Shown: one piece after another, positions 1 to 12,738 of the stretch
Position numbering within the stretch: position 1 is the first letter of the stretch
How the letters are laid out: each line of letters opens with the position of its first letter
From: Batkoa obscura
Lineage: Eukaryota
DNA length: 64,000 nucleotides
Direction: 5' to 3'
Assembly (NCBI GenBank): GCA_030770535.1
Contig: JASVEC010000016.1
Coordinates: forward strand, 372,001 to 436,000
The notes under the pieces: model-generated
What the model saw: only the letters and a program-made list of their open reading frames with translations
What the model was told of the DNA's origin: nothing
Database searches by the model: none
Position numbers and translations under genes: made by a program

Positions 1-868
1 ACCAGAGGAGGTTGCTGAAGTAAAAGAAGAGGAAGTAGCCTTACCTGAAGCAGTTGAAAAAGTTGAAGCTCCTGTTTCAGAACTTCAAGAAGATACACGC
101 CCATTTTTAGTCCGTGTTTTATCTGGAAAGCGCAAAGAAAAGCCAGTTCCAGAAACCAAGGAACCTGAAGTAACAGGGGAAGTACCAGCTGAAGTTGTTC
201 CTGTAGAGGAAGTTAGAGAAGTTGAAGAGCCTGTTGCTGCTGAACCAGTTAAAGAGGTTGAAGCTGAAGCTGAAGCCGAAGCCGAAGCTGCCTCAGCTAC
301 TGCTCAAGAAGCTACTCCAGCCCGTCAAGCTTCCTTAATTGCACGTATTGGAGGTTATGCTTACTCTGCAGTTTCGCCCACCTCTGGTGCTATCCCAGAA
401 GAGTTAAATGAAGAAATCTCTGAACATTATAAAGCTCTTATTGAAGAAGTCGAAGCCGAACATTACGGATTTGTCTTTAAGCAATCTTACCTCTTACATT
501 CTAATAATCACCGCTTTGCAATCCTTGGTAAAGAGGGTTTGTTTGTTTATTACCACGATGCCCAAGCCCCATCTGAAGGTAAAAAGATTGTAATCAACGA
601 TTCTGTCACTATATTGCCATATGGTGAAAATGCTTTCATCATCAAAACATCTAGCCAAAGCTATACTTTCTCCGCCCATACCGCTGAAGATGCTGAGAAA
701 TGGATCAAAGCACTTTCTAAGTTTGGAAAACAAGCTGATGTCGAAGTTGTTCCAGAAATTCAACCTGAAGTAGTTGCTGCAGTAACTGCTGAAGAAGAAG
801 CACCAATTACGATTGCTACTGAAGAAGTTGCTACTACCGAAGAATCCAAAGTCACTACTGAAGCCTAA
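1..868 (+). CDS. 3' part of an acidic PH-domain protein (paralog of 4300-6822), 5' end outside the window
   Basis: Frame 2 is open from base 2 to TAA at 868. It reads ...DTRPFLVRVLSGKRK...PARQASLIARIGGYAYSAV...GFVFKQSYLLHSNNHRFAIL...YTFSAHTAEDAEKWIKAL, which aligns with the C-terminal half of the 4300-6129 ORF. Confidence 0.88.
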   Translation, partial: PEEVAEVKEEEVALPEAVEKVEAPVSELQEDTRPFLVRVLSGKRKEKPVPETKEPEVTGEVPAEVVPVEEVREVEEPVAAEPVKEVEAEAEAEAEAASATAQEATPARQASLIARIGGYAYSAVSPTSGAIPEELNEEISEHYKALIEEVEAEHYGFVFKQSYLLHSNNHRFAILGKEGLFVYYHDAQAPSEGKKIVINDSVTILPYGENAFIIKTSSQSYTFSAHTAEDAEKWIKALSKFGKQADVEVVPEIQPEVVAAVTAEEEAPITIATEEVATTEESKVTTEA

Positions 869-1097
869 TTTAGTTTGTTAATTCGATCAACCAGTTGATG
901 TTTGGTTTTTAATTCATATCATCTTGATATTTTATTCTTATTTACCTCTTAATATTATATTCATCATTTTAATAAAGCTAATTACAATATATATATTTTG
1001 GAAATGGAGTTATCTATAGTTTTTTATAATATGACTAATTAAAATTGGAGAGTTTTTAGGATTTAAGTTGAGATTTTGCGAAATTCCTTCACAATAT

Positions 1098-1194
1098 GGG
1101 GATGTATTTTTGTATTTGAGAATTTACTAATAATTTTTCTATTCAAATAGCGCTTAAAAGATGGAAAAAATAATGAAGCCAAAAAAACCTCCCC
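1098..1194 (+). mobile_element. MITE copy (about 97 bp, GGGGATG..CATCCCC family)
   Basis: TIRs; flanks ATAT/ATAT. This copy defines the + orientation. Confidence 0.85.
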
Positions 1195-1888
1195 ATATAT
1201 AAGCTAACTGAATATTATAGGTTTTAATCAGTTAAATTTTTAAAATAATGTTTTTAAGATATTTAAAAATTAACAACTTTGAAATTTCATAATAGTTTTG
1301 AAACATTACTGATTAACTTTTTAAATTAGAATTTATTTTTTAATTTAAATAATACAATAACTTTTGATTAAAATGGCATTAACAGACCATTTTAACTAAA
1401 TATACTATAATGTATTTTAATATTAAAGAGCTATAATTGTAATTCTAAAGTTATAGCATGTTAATTAATATTAATCTTTGTAATATAGAAATAATGCTAG
1501 AGAATAACTTTGAACAATCTCTTAAATGGCCGTAATATTTATAAGAAATTTATAAAATAAGCTAAATAAAAAGGGAAATAGTAAAAGTATGATGAAATCT
1601 TAACAAGAATCACATGTGTTTTGTTTCAAGCTGACAATTACCAAATTAATTTAAACCGAGCTTGAAAATAAGGCGTATTGAGAGAAATGGTTACTGGTAT
1701 TCTTAGAAAGCTGTTCATATTAAAAATAAGAACACAATTTCTTTATCGAATAATTGTTTCAACAAATAATATTCATTGATTTCGAAAAATTGCATTTTTA
1801 GCTTAAATAACTTGTTTTTAAATTGATAACCAAAAGGCACTAAATCCTACCTTTGTTTTTTTACTTAATAAACTTAATTTACTTTATT

Positions 1889-4034
1889 ATGGCTCTTACT
1901 AGCAACAAAGTAGTACCTTTAATTAATACAGAAAAGTCCGATATTTCCAATAATATTAGCCTTGAAGCTGCTAAAACTGCTGTTGTTCTTGATTCTGCTT
2001 TAGAAGGAAGATCTCCAGAAGTACCAGAGAAAGATGTAACTGAAGCGCCAGCTCTCCCAGTAAAGGATGACCTTAATATTTCAGCGAATCCAAATAGAAC
2101 AAAAAGTGTAAATATAGCTTCAACGCAGAAGATACTGAAATCTAAAGATGGTGCTATCTCTAAACGTGGTGGATTCCCCCTTTACTTGTGGCATAAGCGT
2201 TCTATTTCTCTCAGAGCAAGTAACAACCCATATTCTCTATATGACCTTCGCACATTTTACAACAGTAAAGTTGTTAATATCCAAGGTTCTAAAGCTGCAT
2301 TTGAAAAATCAAATGCTCAATTATTTGATACCATTGCAACTGCTACTGTCGATCCTTCTAGAGTTATTTCTTATTTCAAACCTGAAGATAATAGCACTCC
2401 TCGTAGCTTGATTGATATCAAAGATATTGTATCAATTGAACCAAAGTATAATATTAAGAAAGAAGCCTTTAGTATTATTACCAAGGATAAGAATGAGTTA
2501 ATCTTTAGTACTAGATCCTTAGAAGAATCTAAGTCTTGGATTAATGAAATAAAAGAAAGGATGTCACATAAGCCTGTTGACCTATCCAAAAATGAGACAT
2601 ACAAAGCTAACTATCAACATTTAGGTAATTTATTTATAACTAAACATTTAATAGCTAAAGTTTGTTTTTAGTTGGAAGAAAGGGATTCCAAAACCCAGTA
2701 GCAGTTAAAAAGGAAGCTAGCCCAGTACCAAAGATAGAAGTTGAAGCTATCAAAAACACCAAAATTGAAGTACTAAGCGATGATAAAAACAACCTAGTAG
2801 ATAATGATGAACAACCTAGTGTTCCAAGAAAGTCGTTCTCACATGAGGTAATGGCCACTTTAAATTCAAAGCTTGGAAAGGAAGAGCCCAAAAGAGTACC
2901 AATTCCAGTTGATGCTGAGCCTCAGTCCAACCCTGCTAGTGCTAATTCTACTCAAATCGGAACTGGGACGGATCTTAATTTTCAAACGGCCCTTTCTCAA
3001 CCAGAAGCTGTTGGCTCTACTAACTTGACTAATACGGAGATTTTATTAGATGAACAGGCTGCTGTTCAGTCTACAGTTTTTGAGAATGAAGTAGAAACTA
3101 AACAGATTCAACAACAGGCTCCTAAATCTATTGAAGTAGAGGAAATTAAATCAGACATTGATAATCATTCTGGGATTCCGGCTGAGCCTCTAGTCTTAGG
3201 AAATGATTCTAATAAGGTTGTTTCAGAACACCAAGATGCTTCTATTTCTTCATTAAAGGCTAAAGATGAGATTGCTCATAAAGGTAAATAGTTATATATA
3301 TTTGTATAGAGTTAATTAAAAGTATAGAATCCGAAGTTAAGGAAGAAAAATTAACTGATTCACCATTAAAAAATGAACATATCATAGAAACTATCAACAA
3401 ATCTATCAGTGATGTACAAGGAGATGAACAGCCTAAGAACGACTCAGATTCTACAACATTACCTAGAACCCCTGAATCAAAAGATTTAGCGATTATTGAA
3501 ACCGATACTATTGCTATCAATGAATTGGCTAAAACTGAAGAAATTAAACCTATTCAAGATTCTGTAAAAGAAGTTAGTAGTAATATTGAAGCTATTAAAG
3601 AGGAAGCTGTAAGTTCAAATCCAGACGTTGATTCTCAGAAATTATCTGAACCTTTAATGGAAATCGAGGTTGTTGGCGATTCAAAAGTTAGTGAATATGC
3701 TCCAGAGACCCCAAAAAAGGAAGGTGAGACCCCAGAAGTCCCAGTAAAACAAGAAGAGGCCCCAGAAGTTCCAGTAAAACAAGAAGAGGCCCCAGAAGTT
3801 CCAGTAAAGCAAGAAGAGGCCCCAGAAGTTCCAGTAAAACAAGAAAAGACTCCAGAAGTTCCAGTAAAACAAGAAAAGGCTCCAGAAGTGCCTAAGAAGG
3901 AAGCTAATAACATTAAAGCATTAAAAGACCATGAAAATTTAGAGGTAAAAAAGTCACTACCAAATCTAAAGGATGGTAAAGGTTCGGTAAGTTCTAGCAA
4001 GAGCAAGAAGAAAAAGAAGGGAAAGAAACATTAA
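1889..4034 (+). CDS. PH-domain protein with a long acidic low-complexity tail and polybasic C-terminus; 3 exons
   Basis: ATG at 1889. GT-AG introns 2625-2671 and 3284-3327 join ORFs 1853, 2662 and 3525 in frame. PH motifs GAISKRGGFPLYLWHKR and FSTRSLEESKSWINEI. Ends SKSKKKKKGKKH. Confidence 0.85.
3732..3893 (+). repeat. 30-bp coding tandem repeat, 5 full units plus a partial unit (PEVPVKQEEA)
   Basis: ccagaagtyccagtaaarcaagaararrcy repeated at a 30-bp period. Confidence 0.95.
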
Positions 4035-4299
4035 TGTTGAATGCGGGCATTTCCTAATTTAGTAAATTACTACTTAATATTAAATTTTACCTTAATATCA
4101 CAACTTAATTCTTCAATTAATATAATAAAAGCCCCCCCTCCTTAATTTTAAATATTTAAATATTTTAGTTTTAAGTAATTTGATATGTTTAAAGTCTTTA
4201 ATAAAATATTTTCGCATTTTTGGATCAAAAGTTAAAAATAATGTTCACATAATTTATGGTTTATTTAGATAGGATACAATTGATAAAAACTGAAAATAT

Positions 4300-6822
4300 T
4301 TAATTAACTACAGCGATCTCCTCTACTCCTTCATTTAATACTTCTACAGCCTTCTCTGGCCCTTTAGCTTCTTGCTTACTTTCAATCACATCTTGGATAA
4401 CTTTTACCCAAAGATCCCTCTCCTCAGCAAGTTTAGTCAAGAAGGTATAGGCTTGCCCTTGAGATTTAATATTGAATGAAAGTTCATCCACAGCATCAAT
4501 TTGAGAATCCTTATCAAGGATAATTTTCTTACCTTCAGATACTACTGCACCTGAACGATAGTATATAAATTCTCCTTCTTTATTTAAGATAGCAAAGCGT
4601 TGGTTGTTAGAATGGAGTAAATAGGATTGCTTAGTAATATATCCAGATCTTATTGCTTCTTTGCTTAACTCTTGATAATGCTCATTCAACTCTTCTTCTT
4701 CTTCAATAGCGGCTGGGTATGCTGGAACAACAGCAGAATAAGCAAGCTCTCCAATACGAGATATCAAGGAGGGTTGACGAGCTGGGCCAGATGGAGCCTC
4801 TTCAGTGCTTTGAGGCTCTTTCTCAGTTTCAACTTCAGTCACAGCCACAGCCTCAGGTTCTTCAGAAATTACTTCAGCTTCGAATGGAGCTTCAGTATTT
4901 TCTACATCAAGTACTGGTGGTTCATCATTATTTCCCTCTTCTACATTTTCCTCAGCAGGCAAAACGGGCTCTTCTTGAGGTTTAGGAGAAGTTGGTGAGC
5001 CAAATAAGGATTTACGCTTTCCTGATAAAACTCTAACGATAAATGGACGTTTGTCTGTTTCAGGCTCTTCAGGTTCAGAAGTTACTTCAACGGGCTCAGC
5101 TACTTCCTCTTTGGTTACCTCTTCTAATGGAGTTTCAACTGGCTCTTCAGCTTTTGGTGAGGTGGGCTCCATAGTAGACTTGCGTCTTCCAGATAAAATT
5201 CTTCTAATAAGGTTAGGTTCTTCCTTTGGTTCCTCTTTTGGGTCTTCTTTTATTTCAGAAGTTTCAGGCTCTTCAGTTTCTACAGGTGTTTCGGCTTCAG
5301 TTTCAACCTCAGGATCAGATTCTTTGCTTACAGGAACAGGCTCAATGGTTGATTTACGCTTTCCCGATAAAAGTCTAACCAAGAAAGGACGTGCTTCTGG
5401 CTCTTCAACTTGAGCTTCTTCAACAACATCTTCAGTAGCTTCTTCAACAGCTGTTTCAGCAAGTTGTTCTTGTTCAACTTCTAGTTCAGTTTCAATAGGG
5501 GCTACTTCAACAGGAGCTACCTCGATTTTTGATTTACGCTTCCCAGAGAGAATCCTTGCTAAAAATGGACGTTTATCCTCTTCATCTTCGGTTTCTGGGA
5601 TTACAGATTCAGGTACGTCTGATTGAGTCTCACCTTCTACGGGCGCATCTGCTTGTGCTTCAGCTTCAACTGGGATTTCTGGTGCTATAAGGGCATTTGG
5701 AGTCTCAATTTTAGATTTACGGTTTCCAGATAAAAGTCTAACTAAGAAAGGACGTGTTTCTTCATTAGTAGGCTCTGGTTGAGATTCTGACTCTGGCTGT
5801 AAAGTGATTTCTTCTGCCTGTTCTTGAGCTTCTACTTCATTTACAGGAGAGGATTCTTCTGGATTATGAGCTTGTGCTTGTGTTTCCTCATCAGCTTTAG
5901 CTGTAGATTCTTTATTCTCATCTTTTCCAAACATAGCCAAAATACCGGTTTGAATCCCAAGAAGAGAAAATGCCTGAGACTTAGGTCTAGAAGGCTCTTC
6001 TTCAGTTGTTTCAGCCTGTGCTTCATGTTGGTCCTCTGCTTCAGGAACTTCACTTTCTTTAGCCTCTTCGGCTTCTTCGGTCTTTTCGATGTTTTCAACC
6101 GTATCGGATGTAGCTTCAGCTGAAGGCACTTCGTCAGAAACAAACTCTGCTTCAGAAGCAGAAAAAACTTCTTCCTCATTTTGATTACTAGCTGGGGGAA
6201 AGAAACCTTTACGATTAACTAAATAAAGTTAGATATAATTGTATAAATGTATAAATAATGGTTTACCCAAATGGTCATATGAAAATTTAAAGGCTTCAGT
6301 ATCATCATAGTCAAACATTTCACTGTTCAATCTATTTTGTATTGAAGTAACCCATAAATCAGTTTCATCTTTACTTGGAGCAGAAAAGACATAATCCCGA
6401 TTTTTAGAATGGATGATGAAAGCGTTAGATTTTATACGAGGTGCTCTTTCGACTGATTTAACATGCTTTAAATTAATTAAGCCCTGGGGCAAGTCCTTTG
6501 CATTCACTTTATAATATGCTAAAATAGCGTTAGTATTGACAGTGGCGGTAGCTAAAGTTTCAAATAGGTCTTTATTAGCCTTTTCAAATTCAGCGCGATT
6601 AGACTGGGATTTCTTTACATTTTTCTTATATACAGTTCTTAATTGGTAGAGAGAAAACCCTTGATGAGAGCTGGGAAAAGCTAAGTAGCGTTTTTGCCAT
6701 AATCTTAATGGGAAAGGACCTCGTTTGGATATGATACCTTCCTCGATCAAAGTAGGTTCAGGAATGGCCTCGATAGGAGCTTGGTTATGTGCTTCATTTG
6801 AAGTATCGTTATTTGATGACAT
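4300..6822 (-). CDS. Two-PH-domain protein with a Glu/Pro-rich spacer and five RPFLxRxLSGxRKS repeats; 2 exons
   Basis: ATG at 6822. A phase-1 intron at 6219-6266 (GTAAAC..TTTAG) joins YDHL to VNRKGFFPP and on into the 4300-6129 ORF. N-terminal PH (GIISKRG..WVTSI) and C-terminal PH (GYITKQ..WVKVI). Confidence 0.88.
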
Positions 6823-8193
6823 TGTATTTTTAACTATAAATAAGAAAATAAACAAAAATTCTAAGGTTTAAAAAAGTTCACGATATTAACAAAAGCTCAA
6901 CTTTATAGTGATCCCAATATAAACTCCGGGGGTAGCAATTATGGTTGCTGAAAAGGAGGTGTATAAATGGCGAATTTAATAAAATGGGTTAGAAGTTTCC
7001 ATTTTAAGATAGTAAATTAAGGCAAGTTACTAGGAATATTATTTTATTAACCCTTTTTAATTGTCCATTTTATGATATATATTCTATTCACATTCTTTTT
7101 TGTTAATTATTTCAGTTGAAAGGAGTTTTTTTCAACGGTCATTACCTTAATTTTTATTCCTGCTTTTTTTTTCCGGTAAGCTTAATTCTGAGCCACTTTT
7201 AAGGGCTATTTATTAAAATTCGATTACTTTTATTACAAAAAAGTAATTAAAGTGAACTTTATATTAAAAATATTGGCTTTGGCATAAACCTTTGTAATTA
7301 TGCACTAGTTTACTTGGATCACTTTGTTATGTTATTCTTTGTTTTATAAAACTGCTAAGCTATATTTTAAAGGCCTGTTTTTATTACGGTTAGCAATGAA
7401 ATCTTCTGAAGCAAAATATACAATTAAGCGGTTACATTTTGTTACATTAAGCTATAAAAAGTATCTTATGCTTATAACCATTCTAAAGCGTGATGTTATT
7501 TAAGCATAAATGTTCAAGTCATTCATCAATATTTAAGTATATTTGTCATCCATAAACATTTGGTTGTATGGTTTCGTAAACTGCAAAAAATAAAATTCAA
7601 TTTTTAACTTGATTTTTTAAATTTAAAGTCAAAGTTCAATTTAGCATTTAAATGTTTGCAATTATAATAAAGTACTTTGAAAAACAAACAGCCCAAAACT
7701 TCGGAGTATACTGGTGAGTTATTGTCATTATATAATATATGATTTATTTTTTATTTTTTATTTTGCGAACATTCTTTTATTGTGCTTTATTTCATTTAAA
7801 AAAGAGTCAATCAACTGTTGTTTATGCTATAAGATTATTTACTTTTATATTACAGCTAATATTTTGAGTACAAGTTAATACTATAGTTTAAACGAAAAGG
7901 AAATAGTATATAAGAGTTGAATAAAAACATATATGAGATTTGTTTTTTATGACATTTACTATTATCAATCAATATCTTATGCTAGTTTATAGACGATTAC
8001 CTTTGCTTAATAAATATATAAAAAGTACTGTAATTTCTAATACTTAATATTTATGTCTCCTATTATAGTTATTTAAATTTGGGCTCTTGTATCAAATAAA
8101 TACAGAAAACTGATGGTTGATTATTAAAAATTTTGTAATTCAATAATAAATCGTAACAATTATCAAATATTCTCAACTTGAAAATGATTAAAT

Positions 8194-8292
8194 GGGGATG
8201 TTTTTTTCTGTTTAAGAATTTTACTAACAATTTTTCCACTCAAATAGTGTTTAAAAAAATGGAAAAATAATGAAATCAAAAAAAACACCCCC
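8194..8292 (+). mobile_element. MITE copy
   Basis: Flanks AAAT/AAAT. Confidence 0.85.
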
Positions 8293-10087
8293 AAATGTTC
8301 AAATGGTAGTAAAGTAGACTGATCAAACACATGTTATTTTAGTTTGTTAATAATTTGGCGCTCTGCAATTAACTTGCTTTCAATTATATCCTATAAGAAG
8401 CTTAATAAAGAATGGTATTGCTTTATGTTTTACAATTTAATAGCCCTAGATAGCTTCTCATTATTTGAGATTTATAATTGCTGCATTATCAATAGTTTTT
8501 CAAACCATATGATGCCAAGGGAGAACTTCTCAGGCTCAATTTAGTATCAAGATTAAAAGACAATCTTTTATTTAATCATTGGCAATAGCCTCTTATTTAT
8601 ACTGTACCGTTTGATATATGAATAGTCTGATTGAATTTATACATACTCTTTAATAAACCGCATTTTTAAAAATAATATAATAATTCTTTTCTATTTTGAA
8701 TAATGTATTTCCTAATAAGACAAGTAGCAAATATTTGAAATATAGTTTAGGATAAAACTTTATTTTAACTAAGATTGTGTTTAAAATAAGTTTTTTGAAA
8801 CTAGATTTTAAGAGCAATATTAATACCTGTAAGCATAATAAATAAATTACTCAGTAGTTATAATGTGAAAAAGGAATTCTGTTTAAGAATCTAAGTGGTT
8901 TTTAATGACTTTTCCTAATAATAACACAATACCTATGCTTTTTTATCATTAAGGTCTTCCATCTTGTAAGGCGTATTTAAAACTATTAGATAGGAATGTT
9001 TCTAGTTTATTATACAAAAGTATGATTACCTAATTAGTAATAAAGTTCTTTTTTCAAAAAGTAATATAAATATGATAGTTGATGTAGTTTTGTAACACTT
9101 AATCCAAGTAAAAAACACTAAACTTATGCTCTTTATGCTAGCTTTGAAACAATTCACTGCCATATTTGGTATATTGCCTATTATCTAGATTTAAATAAAA
9201 CAACTTCTAGGATTCTTAATTAAAACAAATTTTGGACATAATGCTTTATAAGATACTCCAAAAAATATATTTAATTAAAAAAGGTATCTATTTGATAAAA
9301 AGAAAGCTCAGCTCAAATTCAACCGAAAGTAAGAAACTAACTCTTTCTTAAGTTTATATCAAATACCAATATACTATTAAAAGTTAGATAAAAAGCGGCA
9401 TTCATCAAAACTTCATTACTATTGATTTAATATAGAAACCAATTTTTAAATCAAGAGAATGAGCGCTAATAATATATTAAAGCTCTTATGGAATAAATAT
9501 TTCATTTTAATAAAATTATTCAAATACCATGTATACGTTCGGTTTATGCCCATTAAATATCCTCTAAAAATAAACTATCACCATGGTTGCTTTAATAAAA
9601 AGTTCAAAAAGTTCCCACAATCATCTTACTGATTTATATTTACTAATGCTTAGTTTTTGAGCTTATAACTCACTATTATCACCTGATATTCATGATATAA
9701 CCTAAGCTAGTATCAAAACTCTAAACCAGATGCCTTAGCTATGTGTTTGGTTTAATATAAATACACATAGTCTTTTTATATACAAAATATTGGCCTATAA
9801 TGAATTGACCTTTTCTAATAACTTTAGTAGGGTTAGAGACTCATGAGAGGCTCATTTACCAATAAAGTTTAAGAAAAATGAGTTTGACTTTATTCTTTTT
9901 AACCAAAATGATTTACTTTTAAATACCAAATTTTCTCATTATATCTTATAAACAAAAGAATATACTTAAGCAAAAATTAGCGGAAAATGAACTAGAATAT
10001 TAAATAACCGAGAAAAACGGTTGGAGTGAAATCCATATAAATTAACCAAATAAATAAAATCAAGAAATAAAAACAACTTTTATTTAT

Positions 10088-11071
10088 ATGCTTCAATTTA
10101 TCATCGTTACATTATTATTAAGCCAAAGCTTGATCAGTCAAGCTATAATTCAAGGCAATGATGAGCGCTTACCTAATGTTGCTAATGATCCTAACTTGGC
10201 CATTTTTATTGAAGGATTAAAAATAATTAAATACACCTATGTAGATAAAAAACCACCCAACTTTTCTGGTTTCACAGGGTCAAATTTAAAGTCTAGTACT
10301 CCAGAAGAAGCTCAAAGAGTTTCTAGTTTTGCTGGTGCAGCTTATTGCTCTACTCATACATTAACAAGTTGGAAGTGTAATCATTGTGAAAGAATAGGAG
10401 CAGGTATCCAAGTTAAACATATTTTTGAAGACCTTTTTACAGGAGGTAGAGGTTTCTTAGCTTTAGATGAAGCTAAGAAGCAGATTATTGTATCATTTAG
10501 AGGCAGTTATAATATACAAAATTGGGTCGGCAATGCTAGGTTCTTGCAATCACAATATTTGGTTGAAAATGGTGGTACTGATATTTATATACATACTGGA
10601 TTTAAAGATGGAATAAACGCTTTACTACCAAAATTTAAAAATGAGTTTGATACTTTATTAAAAGAGCATGGTGATTTTAAGGTCATTGTTACAGGCCACT
10701 CTTTAGGTGGTGCTATGGCTACTTTAGCTTCAATTGAACTTAAAAAAGCTTTTGGTTTAAACTGGGATAGAATTGAATTGTTTACTTATGGTGAGCCAAG
10801 GGTAGGAAACCTTGCTTTTGCTGAATGGTTTAACTCTCAAACGTTAACCGTATCTCGTGTTGTCAATGATAGAGATATTGTACCCCATGTACCCCCTCGT
10901 AACTTTGGGTATTCTCAACATCATAATGAGATATTTCTGAACGACGGTACTACGACTATTTGTAAAACCAACACTTTAGAAGATCCTAATTGTTCTTTAT
11001 CTAATGAACCTTTCTTACTTATTTCCGACCACTTACTTTACTATAATGGTATATTTGGAGGATTATGTTGA
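10088..11071 (+). CDS. Secreted class 3 (fungal triacylglycerol) lipase
   Basis: Signal peptide, SFRGS oxyanion motif, GHSLGG nucleophile elbow, YGEPRVGN, DIVP and a C-terminal DH. Confidence 0.96.
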   Translation: MLQFIIVTLLLSQSLISQAIIQGNDERLPNVANDPNLAIFIEGLKIIKYTYVDKKPPNFSGFTGSNLKSSTPEEAQRVSSFAGAAYCSTHTLTSWKCNHCERIGAGIQVKHIFEDLFTGGRGFLALDEAKKQIIVSFRGSYNIQNWVGNARFLQSQYLVENGGTDIYIHTGFKDGINALLPKFKNEFDTLLKEHGDFKVIVTGHSLGGAMATLASIELKKAFGLNWDRIELFTYGEPRVGNLAFAEWFNSQTLTVSRVVNDRDIVPHVPPRNFGYSQHHNEIFLNDGTTTICKTNTLEDPNCSLSNEPFLLISDHLLYYNGIFGGLC

Positions 11072-11483
11072 TTTATACTAACTTGAACTAAAAACATTTA
11101 TATTGCTATTTATAACTTTATAAACTCAGATTTGACTTATAGGATTACGTGTTATAAATACTCATTTTTAGCATAAATAGTTTATTTGACTGTAATTATG
11201 TTTCTGTTCCAAGTATAAATTTTTAAATTTTAAAAACTAATTAACATTGTATGTAATAAGAATAAACTTTGTTTTTCGACTGTTTTTTTAAAATGCTAAT
11301 TTTATTAAGCTTTAATATTAAACACTAAACTCAAAGTTGTTGTTACATTCAAGAAGATATAAATTAATTTTTAACTTATTACCTAATTAAAATATATTTA
11401 TTTCAACAAGCTATAAATTTTTTAAAAATCGACCAAAATTTTAAAAGCTTTTAACATGGTTTTTCCTATAATTTATAAAATAT

Positions 11484-11579
11484 GGGAATGTATTTTTGCA
11501 TTTAAGAGTTTTACTAACAATTTTTCCACTCAAATAGTGCTTAAAAATGGAAAAAGCAATGAAGCCAAAAAACATCCCT
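11484..11579 (+). mobile_element. MITE copy
   Basis: Flanks ATAT/ATAT. Confidence 0.85.
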
Positions 11580-11725
11580 ATATAATTTTTTCATATTTGA
11601 TTAGCCTTGTCTATCATTGCATTTTATTTTTTGACTTTAAAGCATCCAAATGTTATTGACATTTAAATATTTTATAAATCATAGATAGTTTTTCCAAAGT
11701 TCTGTTCTATCAAATGTAAATATAT

Positions 11726-11821
11726 GGGAGTGTTTTTTTGACTTCATTATTTTTTCCATTTTTAAGCGCTACTTAAGCGGAAAAATTGTTAATGAAATCC
11801 TTAAACACAAAATACATCCCC
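11726..11821 (-). mobile_element. MITE copy
   Basis: Flanks ATAT/ATAT. Confidence 0.85.
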
Positions 11822-11895
11822 ATATCTTTATTGAATATAAACCTTTATTTTGAAAGTAGGTTTGAGTGAATTTTATCAAAAAACAAACACTAGAT

Positions 11896-11993
11896 GTGAG
11901 CGTTTTTTTATTTTTATCACTTTTTTCATTTTTCAAGCGCTATTTAAGTAGAATAACCGTTAGTAAAGTTCTCGAACAAAAAGATATATCTTC
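11896..11993 (-). mobile_element. Degenerate MITE copy
   Basis: Core aagcgctatttaagtagaa..gttagtaaa is retained; termini are decayed. Confidence 0.65.
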
Positions 11994-12738
11994 AAATATT
12001 CTCAAGAGCTATATTTAAAAATAGCAATTTCATATCAGAGAATTACCAGAAGCTATATATACTCAAAACCTTATTTTCATACATTTTTTAATTTATATAA
12101 TAAAACATTAATAAACCAAGTTACTTAAGGATAAATTTCATTAATTAGTTAATTAATATTAGCAACCTTGTGGCCTTACAATCCAATGTAAACTCCATTA
12201 TTGACTTATACAAAAATCCGATATTCTATTATATTTTTATATAGAACTGTTTCATTTTATTAAATTATTCAAATACTGCATGTGTGTCTAGATTATGGTA
12301 TTGTATCCTAAAAATAAATCGTTGCTATATCAACTTTGATTAAAATTCCACAGTTATCCTAATTTATTTTGACTTATATGAGTCCTTAACCTTTGATATT
12401 AAAGCCTAACATTAATAATCAATGTTCACGTTATGCTTCAGATTAATGTTTAACTTTAACACCAGTTACATTGTTTGTGTTATTAATTTAACACGTGTGT
12501 ATGTAATACACATCTTAGATGTCAAATCTACTTATTACTATTCTTTTGTTGAAACGGTTCACTCAAATATAGAAATTTCATTAAATTTTTTGAATAAATT
12601 AGTTAAAAAGGAACAGATGTCAGCACTAAATTTGGCAGGAAATACATTTGAATGCAAAGAACAAAGAGAGAACAGCTATAGCGAGATTGATATAAATTAA
12701 TTCAATAGACAAAAAAGAGTTCAAAAATCTTCCTCTAA

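Noticed and set aside
3635..6179. Antisense and alternate-frame ORFs over the PH genes (3635, 3681, 4672, 4719, 5051, 5824, 5841)
   Set aside because: These are shadows of Glu/Pro-rich repetitive coding sequence.
12422..12700. 92-aa ORF upstream of the second lipase
   Set aside because: It has no motif, has intergenic composition, and overlaps the lipase promoter and TATA box.
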